A DNA stretch of 64,000 bases from contig NC_043006.1 of assembly GCF_006345805.1 (NCBI RefSeq), positions 18,724,001 through 18,788,000 on the forward strand. Direction: 5' to 3'. Positions 1-12,922 of this stretch are shown here, piece after piece. Position 1 is the stretch's first letter, and each line of letters opens with the position of its first letter. The DNA is from Octopus sinensis. Its lineage: Eukaryota. The position numbers and the translations under genes are program-made. The notes below the pieces were generated by a model. The model saw only the letters and a list, made by a program, of their open reading frames with translations, had not been told where the DNA came from and made no database searches.

Positions 1-13
1 ATGCTTCTTTTTA

Positions 14-1633
14 CGAGGAGCTATAATAAAAACATAAAAACGTGAAGGCGCATGGCTCAGTGGTTAGAGCGTCGAGCTTACGATCGTGACGTTGTGAGCT
101 CGAATTCCTGACCGGGCTGCGTGTTGTGTTCTTCAGCAAGGCACTTTATTTCACGTTGCTCCAGTTCACTCAGCTGTAGAAATGTGTTGCGACGTCACAG
201 GTGCCAAGCTGTATCGACCTTTGTCTTTCCCTTGGATAACACTGGTGGTGTGGAGAGGGGAGGCTGGTATGCATGGGCGACTGCTGGTCTTCCATAAACA
301 ACCTTGCCCGGACTTGTGTCTAGGAGGGTAACTTTCTAGGTGCAAGCCCATGGTCATTCATGACCGAAGGGGGTCTTTACCCCTTATAATAAAAACAATT
401 TTACTTTCATCTGAAGGATTACTCAATATGTATTGTAAAGCACATATTAACTATACTGCTGTAAGAAACCTGGTGAAAATGACTTCGAAGTTTCGAAGTG
501 TTGGCCTTCATTGGACTCTCCCTTGCGGTCCACACACTTCTTCCATCCTGTTGCTCATCAGCAGCAGATATGACGTGATCAACGTTGCGATACTGGTTCC
601 CAGTCAAGTGTTTCCATGTTGGGGAGCAGATAATAGTTAGATGTGGCCAAATTAAGAAAAAAGGGACATTGGTCAACCAGTTCAAAGCTACACTCATGTA
701 CAACAGCCATTGAAACCAAGGGCTTGTGTGCTGGAGCATCGCCTTAATGAAACAAGACCCCTTTCGTCAGTTTTCCCGAGATTTTGGCTTTGATAGCCTT
801 TCATAACTGCCTCAGCAAGTTGGTACAGTACTCTTCATTGATGGTGCGGCCCTTTTGAAGAAAGTCAATAAGCACAATGCCTTTTGTATCCCAAAAAACT
901 AGGCCATCAACGTCACAGTAAATGAAACGACCATGTCCTTTTTCGGAGCAGGTGAATAGGGAGGGGTGTATCTGCTGCATGAAGTGTTTGTTTTTTTTTT
1001 TGTCTCTGGCTCAAAGTGATGAACCTAACACTCATCCTGCCTTAGGAAACGTTCAACGAAACCAGCTTGATCTGCATCAAGCAATTTAAGATTTCTCGTG
1101 ATGTGATCATCATGCCATGTCCATTGTGTACAATATTAACTCTCGTGGGGGATATGTTGATCGCATTGGCTAACCGACTTATTGCCCATCGCCTATCATC
1201 CATCACCACATGATGAACACGATCAACATTTTTCACGGTGGAGTCAGTTGGAAAACGTCCAGTCATTGGGTCATCTTCAAGACCCTTCCCTTCTTAAATT
1301 CAACCGCTCATATTTGCACTGTTGATAAAGCTAGAGTTTCATCTTCCAATGTAACAAAAATGTGAGTACGAATGTCCTTGGGGGCTAAACCCTTTTCCTA
1401 CAGGTACTTGATAACACCACAACGTCAAATTTTGACCCTATTCAAAAGAATAGTTACTTTTGAAGTCTTCTTTGAACATTCAGATGTCGGTTTAGCCGGA
1501 AAGAAACAATGTAGTTATTAATAAGATGAGTTGTAATTAATTTCACAGCTGTAGCATAATTCCTCATGCAAGATTTCACAGCTCTGACATAATTCCTCCC
1601 ATTCAGTCAATAAAAGTTTTGAGCCCACCCTCG
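14..1633 (-). mobile_element. Decayed full-length mariner (Tc1/mariner) DNA transposon
   Basis: Broken minus-strand frames give mariner-like peptides: GVIKYL..KGLAPKDI near 1370-1430, GRFPTDSTVKNVDRVHHVVMDDRR (ORF 1042..1266), FWDTKGIVLIDFLQKGRTINEEY near 830-900, and an APAHK..SMAAVHECSFELVDQ region near 670-740. Ends TA-CGAGG at 12-18 and CCCTCG-TA at 1628-1635. About 1.26 kb after removing the nested SINE. Confidence 0.85.
35..384 (+). mobile_element. tRNA-derived SINE nested in the mariner end
   Basis: tRNA-like head (TGGCTCAGTGG ... CTCGAATTCC) and body shared with other SINEs in the window. Exact 13-bp TSD TATAATAAAAACA at 22-34 and 385-397. Confidence 0.9.
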
Positions 1634-1778
1634 TAGCAAAAGCGTCTACAAACAAGAAACCAATGGTATGAACGCTGAATAGCAGATTAATGAAAGGTAT
1701 GAATTTAAACAAACTGAAATGGTGTATAGGGAGGAGAGAAATGTACTGAAAGATAAAAGCCTTCATTAGAAAGATCCT

Positions 1779-1802
1779 GAGAGAGAGAGAGAGAGAGAAG
1801 AC

Positions 1803-1837
<35 letters not shown>

Positions 1838-1870
1838 CAGACAGAGAAAGAGAGAGAGAGAGAAAGGAGG
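1779..1870. repeat. (GA)n/(GACA)n microsatellite
   Basis: Directly visible. Confidence 0.95.
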
Positions 1871-2462
1871 AAATTAGAGAGAGGAAGGGAGGGAAAGAGA
1901 TACGGGTAGAGCGATTTGTGACTGGAAAACAATATCACGTGTATCTGTTTAGACACAACCACGACACGATGGATGCGAAATTGATTTCGGATAAAACTGA
2001 ACATCGTATTTATTCATTCATATTTATTCCCATGAGTATGTGATTCATTGTATATCTTTTGTTTTGGGGTATCGTTAAACAATATCCATTTTTGTGGTGC
2101 GATGTTGAGCTTACTGATTTTGTCTAGATGACAGAGCGACGTAAAAATGCCACAGAGAAGAATAAATATAAAATCTGAAAGAATGTTTTTTTTTTACTTT
2201 GTCTCTTCACTGGTAGAGTGCAGAAGAAACATCATCAAGTAGCAGAAATTCATACATACATACATACATACATACATAAACACATATATATATATCATGA
2301 ACTAACCGTTACTGTCTCAAATGCAGCACGATTTTTTGTCAGTGAACAGATGGCGGTTTCAAAGCGACAAGAATATTTCGACACAAATAAAATTTAAATG
2401 TTGAAGTGAAACTTAGGGTTTTTGTGTTTTCTTGAATTGTTTGCAAACATCTACACTGCAAC

Positions 2463-3500
2463 CTTTCTATTGTCAACAGGACACTTCATACCACGACAAC
2501 AAAGACATCACATTTTATGTATGACTGCGTGTCTGTCTGTGAGTGTATGTGCGTAAGTGTATGAGTGTGTGTGTGTCTTTCCGCGTTATGTATGTTATTA
2601 ACCATACTATATATATGTGACGGCTGGTCAATGTCAATACGAAATTTTATTTTTATTTCAATTATTTTGATTTTGATTAAAATAATATATTTCATAGGGA
2701 TAATCTTTCTATTGTCAACAGGACAATTTATACCAAAAGGATAACATCGTCACATTTTGCATATGACTGTGTATATGTTAGTGTATATGTGTATGAGTGT
2801 GCATATGTCTCAGTGTCTGTGTTTTTCCGCGTTAGGTACGTTATTAAGCATACGCACGTCTACACATAGGTATACATATATAACAGTACGTTATTACATG
2901 CACGAACACACACATCTACACATGCATATACATATACGACGACTAACATGCGTAAATATATAACTGCGTGTGTGTCTATCTTACTATATGTATGTGAGCG
3001 CTGGCCAGTGTCAATACGAAATTTTATTTTCATTTCGATTAAAACAATATAACATTCCCTAGAGGTAATCTTTCTATTGTCAACAGGACATTTTATACCA
3101 CGATGACAGCGACACCACAATTTGTATATGACTGTATCTGTTTGTGAGTGTATATGTGTAAGTATATGAGTTTGTACATGTCTCATAACATGTGTGCCTT
3201 TCCGCGTTAAGTACGTTATTAAACATACATACATCTACACATACATATACATATGTAATGATTGACATGCGTGAATGTATGTCTCTGTGTGGCTATCTTT
3301 GTATATGCTTGTGAGTGTATGTCGGGAACATTTTATACTACAACGACGACGACGTCACACTTTGTATGTGAGTGTATATCTGTGAGTGTATGAGTTGTGT
3401 ATGTGTCTGTGAGTGCGTGTGTTTCCATGTTACGTATGATATTAAACACACATATCTACACATAGATATACGTATGTGACGACTGACATACCTGAATGTA
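2463..3500. repeat. Degenerate tandem repeat, about 4 units of roughly 240-365 bp
   Basis: CTTTCTATTGTCAACAGGACA starts at 2463, 2705 and 3070; a diverged fourth unit starts near 3321. Confidence 0.85.
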
Positions 3501-4277
3501 TGTATGTGAGTTCTAGAGGGGAAAATCTTGAAAAAAAAACAAAAAACAATGAGGTGGCAAGGTCCAAGGTATATATAAAAATATACATTTACAAGTTAAT
3601 AATTATCACAGCAGTTGCAAGGTTACAAGATGCTTATAATTACATAGTTATATAATTCTTTGTCTCTCTGTTATAATTATTGTGAAATTTATCGTTAAAT
3701 TAGCATGTTCCATATATGTGCTTCTATTTCGTTCACTTGCTTATATTTCGTTAATTTACACTGCATACAAAAATACAGACGTATTATATACATACCACGC
3801 GGTAAGCCATTATGCCTTGTTTTTTTCAAGTAATTCATTACTACATATTCTCATTACTACATAGTCTTTATGTTTCTTATTCTGCAGCCACACCAGCAAT
3901 CTAATGTCAATCCTTTGCCTTCCACAACATTTCAACAGTTCCTTTCTCCATTGCCGCTCCCATAGCAGCTCATTTCCGGAATGTACCCATTTACGTACAA
4001 TATCTCTATTACTCCTCCATTCATTTGACTGTCAAACATACGATGGGTCGTGTTAGATGCAGCGCTGACCGCCTCAAAGCCGGGTATATCTACTGACAGC
4101 TTTTCAGAGGGTAAAAAAAATTACATACCCACCATTCCCAATTTTCCATGTTAGGTTAGGGCGTGGAATCCTCCAAACGGACGTATTACATGTCGCTTAG
4201 TTGAATTAGCCATCACTTACTCCACAAATGTTTTGTCGTCAATGCTACATTTACCCGTATCACCTGTTTGAACATAA

Positions 4278-4326
<49 letters not shown>

Positions 4327-4348
4327 GTGACAATTATTCGGTAGCCTT

Positions 4349-4409
4349 GATAAAACTCCGAATTTCGTATGTCGGGGCGGAAACCCACGTCGGCATCTCT
4401 TCAGTTATC
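4349..4409 (-). ncRNA. Candidate type I hammerhead ribozyme (Penelope-like repeat)
   Basis: Minus strand reads GAUAA-CUGAAGA-[stem II]-GAAA-UU-CGG-AG-U-U-UUAUC: 5-bp stem I, intact core, short stem III with one U-G wobble, GUU cleavage triplet. Confidence 0.7.
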
Positions 4410-4814
4410 GGGCCATCGATAAAAGCTATGAAAATGACCGTTAAGCAAAGGGAAATTACTGTGCGATTGACCGTTATTAAGACAAAAGAGCTGTTAGAAT
4501 GACCACTAAGTAAGGGGAAGGAGTAAAGGTAAGGGAGTAAAAATGTTCATAGTAATCGCATAAGCGCGCATGTCCATACATACACATGCGCGCCCACACA
4601 CCCGCGTACATCTGCCTATATGTATATACTTATCTACCCTCACTTGAAACACACACATGCTCACCCAAACATTCGCCAAAAAATATATACATACCCGCAT
4701 ACACTCGCACACACACACGCGCGCGCACAAAAGGGTTCATACACACGTCTAAATATGCACATGCACATGAAGTTGGGGAGGTAAGCTGGGAGAGGTAAAT
4801 GTCAAAAGAAGTAT

Positions 4815-6190
4815 CTTTCAAGGGGTCGGGCTGTCGCCTCTCCTATTTGTTGTTTGCATACTACCACTAACCAGCGTTTTAAGAAAGATGCTTATGGTGT
4901 ACATGCTAGGCAGGGTGAAAGTAAACAACCTGTAGTTTATGGATGACCTAAATCTATTTGCTAAGACTGAGAAAGAAATTGAGAGTTTGACGGCAACTCT
5001 TCAGATGATTAGCAAAGTTATTTACATGGAATTTGGGACCGGGAAATGTAGTGTAATGATTCTCAAAAGGAGGAAAATCAGTACAAGCCATGGGATCAAG
5101 CTGGAAATTCATGACAATGAACGAGGATCTACACTCCAAGAGTGATGTGTCAAGATTGCATGTGAAGAGGAAAGAAGGAGGACGGGGAATGGTGTGTTGT
5201 AAACGTTGTGTAAGAAAAGAGGAAAATAGCCTGTCTTGGTATGTCAAAGTGAGTAAAGAAGAAATGACAGAAGCAGGGAACCTTAAAAGTGAACGAAGCC
5301 GTAGATCTAACATGATTTAAGAAAGACCAGAGAGAATAGATGAAGAAAATTTGGCAGGACAAAAAATGCACATTCAGTTCTTGAAGAATAAAGATGAGAT
5401 TGATTGGAAAAGATCTTGGCAATCGTTGCAGAAAGGAGACTTAAAAGGACCCACTGAGGCATTAGTGTGCAGCGCTCAAGAACAAGCTCTCAGAACTACT
5501 CCAAATATCACAATGATAAAAGCACTGACTCGCTACAGCATAGGATGTCCCCTGAGAAGGGAGAAGGTATAAACCATATTGTTAGTGAGTGCTGTAAGCT
5601 CGGACAATGCGAATACAAAAGGAGACACGACAATGTGGCCAGATATGTCCATTGGCTCTGGTGAAGCAAACTTCGAGAGAGCCAAACAAAATAATGAACA
5701 CAAACCAGAGGGAATAATGGAAAACGAACATTACAAAATACTCTAGAATTTTAACATACAGTGCGCCCAAGTCACAGAGGCGACACGGCCAGATATCGTG
5801 ATCATCCATAAATATTAAAAAAAAGCAAAGATAATATATTTTACCATACCAGGCGATTCGAGGGTGAAATGTAAGGAAACAGAAAAGAGTGTGAAATACC
5901 AGCCAGCCATTGCGGGACGAGATAGAAAAGTTATGGGGCATGAGGAAAGTAATGGTGATACCGGGGGTAACTGGAACATTAGGAACAGTTTCCAAGAGCT
6001 TTGAAAAACATATTAAGAATATTGGAACTGCTGTCAGGCTCGAAGTATTGTTGGGTACAGCTCACATTCTAAGGAGAGTATTGCTTCTTTGAGTCACAGA
6101 AGGTACTACTTGAAACCTTTGGTAATTTCTTATTGCCTGCTTTCAAGTAAAGAAGAAGCGGTAATTAAGTACTATCCGAGGGTCTTTCAG
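4815..6190 (+). mobile_element. R4/Dong-like non-LTR retrotransposon, 5'-truncated and degenerate (subfamily A)
   Basis: RT motifs (LSPLLFVVCILPL, FMDDLNLFAK in ORF 4939..5145), NHIVSEC..RHDNVARYVHW (5467..5664), RPDIVII and a REL C-terminus ending LGTAHILRRVL (5910..6092). Many stops and frameshifts; ends in a short AATAATAA. Confidence 0.9.
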
Positions 6191-6203
6191 AATAATAAAC
6201 GTA

Positions 6204-6390
6204 TATGTTTCATTCAACATCCTTAAACAACCCTTATTCAAGCACTTTTTGAGCGGAATGGGCTACTCGACATGAATAAGATACTAACTGGGCACCTTCT
6301 GCCAGGTCATGCGCTGTTTATCTTGATATAATATCACCATGTCGCGCACATATGGTCGTGTTGCATGTGCCTGATGTACCCTTATATCAT
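6204..6390 (+). mobile_element. Fragment of the 554-bp (AAT)n-associated non-coding element
   Basis: Aligns by eye with 12570-12750; lies immediately after the LINE 3' tail. Confidence 0.8.
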
Positions 6391-6891
6391 GATATATATA
6401 GAATAAGAATAAGCTAATCTTCTTTAAATCGTAGCTTGCCATTCTTTAAAAAAAAAACGTAGTTAAAAGACAAGGAAAATCAGAATAGTCGTCTATATAA
6501 TCATCTTTGGTCATATGATGTTTTGTTCTCGAGTGACCTGGAGATATACTATACCCGTAGCAATTTAAGAAAAATGAAATGCAAAGACACCGTCGGCGGC
6601 AAATGGTCTCGTAATGTAAAAAGGTGAAAAAACACTGCAAGAACTTTCGTCTGCAACTCTACCGTTTCTTTCACTCATCACAAACATCACTTCCCGTGTA
6701 TTCTCAATCGAAATCGATTGCTAACTTTTCTGAATGAGACTATTGTTTTCAATGTTGAATGAATCTATATTCCTCTCAGGCTAAGAGATAAAATATTCTT
6801 TACTGAATACATTCAGGTATTTACGTTTGTTTCATACTCAGATATACTGCTTAGAATTTTGGATAGCATTGTGGTTGACGTGTGAATGTGT

Positions 6892-6927
<36 letters not shown>

Positions 6928-8578
6928 GTGTGCGTGTGTGTGCGTGCGTGTGTGTTTGTGTTTAGAATATATATTAATGTATATAAAATGATACAGGAAA
7001 ATGAGCAGCATGAAACGTTATTTGGCTCTTATCACCAGAGAGATATCAAGAAGACTATATTACATTAAATATAATACTTCACTGATAAACCCACAAGGAA
7101 GAAGTTAAAAACGGATATAGCAAAAGATCGGAGGAATAATAATGAGCGATGGAAACATATTATATATTTTTGTGAATATACATTGAATGTTATTAAATGA
7201 GATGTATAAATGGAATTTAAGTGATGTTAGAATCCAAAACAAAATTGAATTAAAATATCATTTTGAATCTAATGTCTATCTATCGTTTGTAGCTGGTATC
7301 ATAAAGGCTGGATAGCCAAGTGGATATGTTTAGAGCTATTGAGTTGTGTTTAAATCACGTTGCTGGTGTTGTGTAGTATTCTTAGATAGAATATATTTTA
7401 CAGCGAGAATTGTTATTATTTTGATTTTTTTTTACAGCACGCCGCATCTGCCCGCCTTAAAATAAAAGAAGCACCTCGAATAGTTTTCAACATATAATAA
7501 AGAATGAGGTGCCCAAGCCTGGAATATTTTTGTTCAGATAGCTACTTGTTCACTGAGAACTACAACAACAGCAACAATAACGATGTCAGCAAAACAATGA
7601 TGACAACAAGTTAATTCATTATTTCAATTCTAAACATAAATGTCATGAATAGATGCCGGGTCCCATTATGGATGTTGTGGTTGTGGTGGGGGAGTCGACG
7701 AAATTGGACCAGTTGCTGAAGTCACTTATCACTAGACCAATGAAATTTAACCTACGATCACAACCGGACCCTCAGGAAATGTCAAAATGACTCATTAAGC
7801 GAATCAACCAAGCGGAACGGTTGATGGACATTAGGCATAAACTAATGACCGTGTTCCTACAGGAAAGTCACCCAAGCAGAACACCGCCAAACTTGACCAA
7901 AGAAAAAGCAGGTTCTTTGTCAAAATAAAGTGATGTCACGAAATCCACTACCAATCAAAACCTGATCCTTAACCAAAACTTTAATGCCAAAACAAAATAT
8001 ATTTTTTTACCAAAAACATCCACCAGAGAGAATAAGACGTCATCAAAATTATATCGAATCATAAATTAGATCCTTTTGCGTAAAAGGTATATATACATAC
8101 TCAAGATATTCTGATTCCCCCTAGACTCGTTAAAAGTGAGAAGACAAGTACGCGACGGAAAAATAAACTACACCCCAAGCGAGAGAAATTGTAAAAAAAA
8201 AAAACCTTTTCCCCTCCTTCACTTTTTCTCTCTCTTGTCTATAAATACTCAATATGACTGAACTTTAGAAATGTATATTTATTATATTCTTTGCCGAAAA
8301 TTTACTTTAGTATCATCTATCCCAGTCATTGAACTTTATATAAACATTTGATCGTTTAAACATTTTTGTTCGATTTCTACTTCGTAATTTTAAACCCTGT
8401 TAAAATCCCATTGCTACCAATCATTGATAAAAACTAGTTTGGTATATATGTGAATAGACCTATTTAAAAACAACTAAATATTCTTCAAATTCAGGTGCAT
8501 TTTCAAAAGCAAATTCTCCTATGTTTTTTCTTGCATGAGAATACACCCCTTCTTTCCATATAAAGAAGATAGATAGAC

Positions 8579-8664
<86 letters not shown>

Positions 8665-8666
<2 letters not shown>

Positions 8667-9149
8667 TTACGCCATTCACTTTCAATGAATATTGAACGGA
8701 GTTTGTGAATTATGACGGTTGATACCTCCCACTTCTAATGTATTCCAAATATTCTTGAAGCAAATTGCAATTGAATGGGGCCTAACTACAGTTCAATGAA
8801 TGTATATATATATATGTCTGTATGTATGTATGTGTATATATATATATATGTGTGTGTGTATATATATGTGTGTGTGTATATATATATGTGTGTGTGTGTG
8901 TATGTATATATATAATATACATTAAATATTATTTATTATTTAATTGAACGCAACGCATCCATGGACATCTCCTCTTGTAGTTAAAAATCACAGTAAAATC
9001 CAATCGGATGGACAGGCATGTTGAAGTGGCTACGAACAATATTTATATATTCGAATAACATGCGTTTAGAAATGTAACTTTAAAATCCAGATGTGTATAT
9101 GCATATAGATATGTGTATCTATATATATGTATGTATATGTGACTATGTA

Positions 9150-9187
<38 letters not shown>

Positions 9188-9963
9188 CATGTGTGTGTGT
9201 GTATATATATATATATGTATGTATATGAATGGGACCTCTTAGTAGGTCCATTCATATCTAAGCCACTTTGTACTTTATTTGGCACATATTCAAGTAAATC
9301 TGTATCTTCTTTTTGTTTCGATAAAATAAATTCTACCTACGCACTGTTGCCGATATAATCGACTTACTCCCGTCCACGAAATTACCGACCATGTGCTAAA
9401 ATTTGAAACCGTTATCATTTTTATTATTATCATCATTATATAAAATACATTATTACTACCATGTGAAATTCCCAAACATACATTATTTCAAATGCGTTTA
9501 AGCCTCAGCGAACTATTAGAACTGGAATTATACTTAAGTGTATTTAATCGACGGGAGTGTCTTCGAAATAGCTGACCTATACTAAAGCTGTAAACAATTA
9601 CCGTTATATTCCGTCACCATCAACTAGTATCTAATAAAACTTTGACGCTATTATAATAACAAAAATGTTATGGATTTAATACTTCATCTTGTTCTCAAAA
9701 TGTGTAGTTTTCCGCCAAAGTTACAAACTTAGATGACTATTAAATTTAAGTTGTTAACATAAACTAGGAATTATGATTGATTTGTGACAAATTGGTTACA
9801 GCAGCATCTATAAATCCCATCAATACATTCATTGAACTGTAGTTAGGCCCCATTCAATTGCAATTTGCTTCAAGAATATTTGGAATGTATTAGAAGTGGG
9901 AGGTATCAACCGTCATAATTCACAAACTCCGTTCAATATTCATTGAAAGTGAATGGCGTAAAT
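8665..9963. repeat. 140-bp inverted repeat pair (8665-8804 and 9824-9963) extended by (ATAG)n/(CTAT)n
   Basis: Arms are reverse complements except at two adjacent positions; the track shows identical MKVNGVNLSIYL ORF starts on opposite strands. Confidence 0.95.
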
Positions 9964-10069
9964 CTATCTATCTATCTATCTACCTATCTATCTCCCTATC
10001 ATCTATCTAGCTATCTATATATATTTATGTATGTATATACATATATGCATAAATATATATATGTGTGTG

Positions 10070-10107
<38 letters not shown>

Positions 10108-12134
10108 CATATATATATACATATATATATATATATATGTATGTATACATACATACATACATACATGTGTACGAGTGCGTGTCCTACATACGCGAGACCT
10201 ATTAAAAAACAGATATTTTGCCTCGTTTCTTTAGTGTTGGGCAGAGTTCTAAATAATGATGCTTTAATTCATCTATGTATAAATGGTTTTAAAATTTCTC
10301 CCAAGTTCACTAGTTTCGGAGAATAGGTAAGTGGATTATTCAGCTGGTATTTAGTTTAGTGACCTCGAAAGGATGAAAGGTGAAGTGGACCTCGGCGAAA
10401 TTTAAACTTAGAACAGAATATATCAGCTAAGCTTTTTTTTCCGGCGTGCTAAAGATTCCCCCATCTCGCCATCTTCATCTATGCATAAATGGGTTGCTGA
10501 TGTCTAGCACGAGGTTATTTCTGATTGGGCATACATATTTTTGGATGGTCTCCAGATGTGATCAATGATAATTATGTCTGGTTTGTAGGGAACGAAGTAC
10601 CTAGGACTACATTAAAACATGTGTCCGATGGTTAAGAAGTACGTTGTGTTTTGACACAACTCTAGGTTTTATTTCCAAGATATCGCATATATACTACATT
10701 ATTAGTTAAAGTATAAACGCTCTGCTGTCTTTGATTAGCCACAAATCAGCCTTAACTACGATGAAAAGCAAGCTAATCGCGACTATTCTAACTTTCAGGA
10801 AACTAATAAAGTTCATTTTGTGAAGGCGACAAGATGTAATTTAAGGTAGAACTAATAACTATGTGTAGTAGGTTGAGTCACCGCTTAAATATTCCTTCGT
10901 TGGTTGACCAGTTTAAATACCAAATGAACAGAAGCCAACGGAAATATTTTAACTAATTACTGCAGCAGTTAATTTTTCACCAGAGAAACTACTAAAAGGT
11001 TTTATATTTAAAATGTAATTGATAGCCTGTAAGTATTGTTACTTTGATTTGCTAAAACACCTGTTTGTGGAACGGCTTGTAATTAGCTTTACTCATAACA
11101 AAAACGGCTTGGTAATTACTTTTACATATTATAGAACATTTAAAGACTATTCAGGAGAATGAAGACCAATTTCTCGAATTGTTTTGCGTAGCGTATACAT
11201 TTTCGAGTCATAGAATCATTGAAACAAAAGATTACGTATGCATATATGTTTCCTGATGTTACTGCATTTTGAATGACATTTGCCGCATGAAAGAAACAGC
11301 TAACTTTAGTGAAAGAAAATAGTGTATCGCAGTCTCGCTTGAAAGGGAATCTAATTTTTATCTTCTGACAGTGCTTCGTAAAAACTATTTAACAAAATAT
11401 AACAGTAAATTGCAACCGCTGTTATTCCGTTATTTTTTTATGACTGAGCTCATAAGCGCGCATAGCCTTGATGCTAGATCCATTTCCTGGAGCCTGTGGT
11501 ATGTTGTGTTCTTGAGCAAAATACTTCATTTTATTTTCCTCCTCGATCACTTTGACGTCTTTCATGTTGTGCAATGTGGACCTGTACAAGTAATAGTACT
11601 ATCTCATACCATGTACAAACTTCTTGAAAATAACATAAAATGGTCGACTATTGCCCGTATATTTGTTAAGCCAGGTATGATGGCTGCCATCATGTGCCCG
11701 ACAACTCTTGGACGGTTTTGAATGACCATAGAAAGAGCGAGCCCTCTAACTGAAAAATTGTGGATTTGTATAAAGGATACACACACAGACATTTTGCCAT
11801 TTATACGAAGAGAGATGATGGTCGTGTTTATTGTTGTTGTTATGTTTATGACTGTTATTGGGAGTTTTCATTATTTGTTTATTAACATATACTATTTCAT
11901 TATAAGTATTAGGTTCACTAATTTTAAGTTTTATTATTTTTGTAATTATGTCTAGTATCATTTATTTTTGTGTTGTCGGTTTCGTTGTACTTAATTCCAT
12001 ATTTATATCCTGCCTTCTTAAGTCCTAGGTTATAATAGTCCTTATGTTTATTAAATATTGCTAAATATGTATGATGTACGTATGTATATATATGTATAAA
12101 ATTATTATGAGCATGTAAAACAGGGAGTATCGGC

Positions 12135-12135
<1 letters not shown>

Positions 12136-12187
<52 letters not shown>

Positions 12188-12206
12188 GATAATAATAGTA
12201 ATAATG

Positions 12207-12264
<58 letters not shown>

Positions 12265-12276
12265 TAATAATAATAA
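12136..12276. repeat. (AAT)n microsatellite
   Basis: Directly visible. Confidence 0.95.
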
Positions 12277-12830
12277 ATGCCCTGATGCAGTACCAGGCAG
12301 TGGCTCTCATGGCTTCTGATCTTAACTGATTGGAAGTGTCATCATGTACATTGTTTTGTCTTGGTATAAAAGATGGGCTACAGCAAATATACTGCTCAAT
12401 ACCACAGATTTGCTTGTCAGTTGTTTGACCGTAACCAGTTGAGCATGTCCACTAGGCTGACGATATGTGCATTTCTGATCACGAGCAGAAGTAGTGGGGG
12501 AGCATCATAGCCATGTGTTGAGAAGGATTCTTTGGGGTTTGAATAATTCACCTCTGGAAACATGGGTGTTTCGTTCAACGTCCTTAAACAACCCTTATTC
12601 AGGGACCTTTTGAGCAGGATGGGTTACTCGATCTGAAGAAAATTCTAACTGGGCTCCACCTGCAAGGTCATGTGCTGTTTATCTTGATATGAGATTACCA
12701 TGTCGCGCACATATGGTTGTGATGCATGTGCCTGGTGTACCCTTATCAGACGGGTAGTCATGATGGGTATAGTGGGCTTCGTATATTTTACCCCAGTGTC
12801 ACTTTGATGGCATGCTCTGCTCGCTCACTC
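12277..12830 (+). mobile_element. 554-bp non-coding interspersed element flanked by (AAT)n; longest copy in the window
   Basis: Starts ATGCCCTGATGCAGTACCAGG and ends GCTCGCTCACTC-(AAT)n. Five further partial copies in the window; no long ORF and no obvious Pol III A/B boxes. Confidence 0.85.
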
Positions 12831-12852
12831 AATAATAATAATAATAATGATG

Positions 12853-12889
<37 letters not shown>

Positions 12890-12922
12890 TAATAATAATA
12901 ATAATAATATTAATAATAATAA

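Noticed and set aside
3880-4280. Possible transposase relic on the minus strand
   Set aside because: Only short open stretches and no diagnostic motif could be identified.
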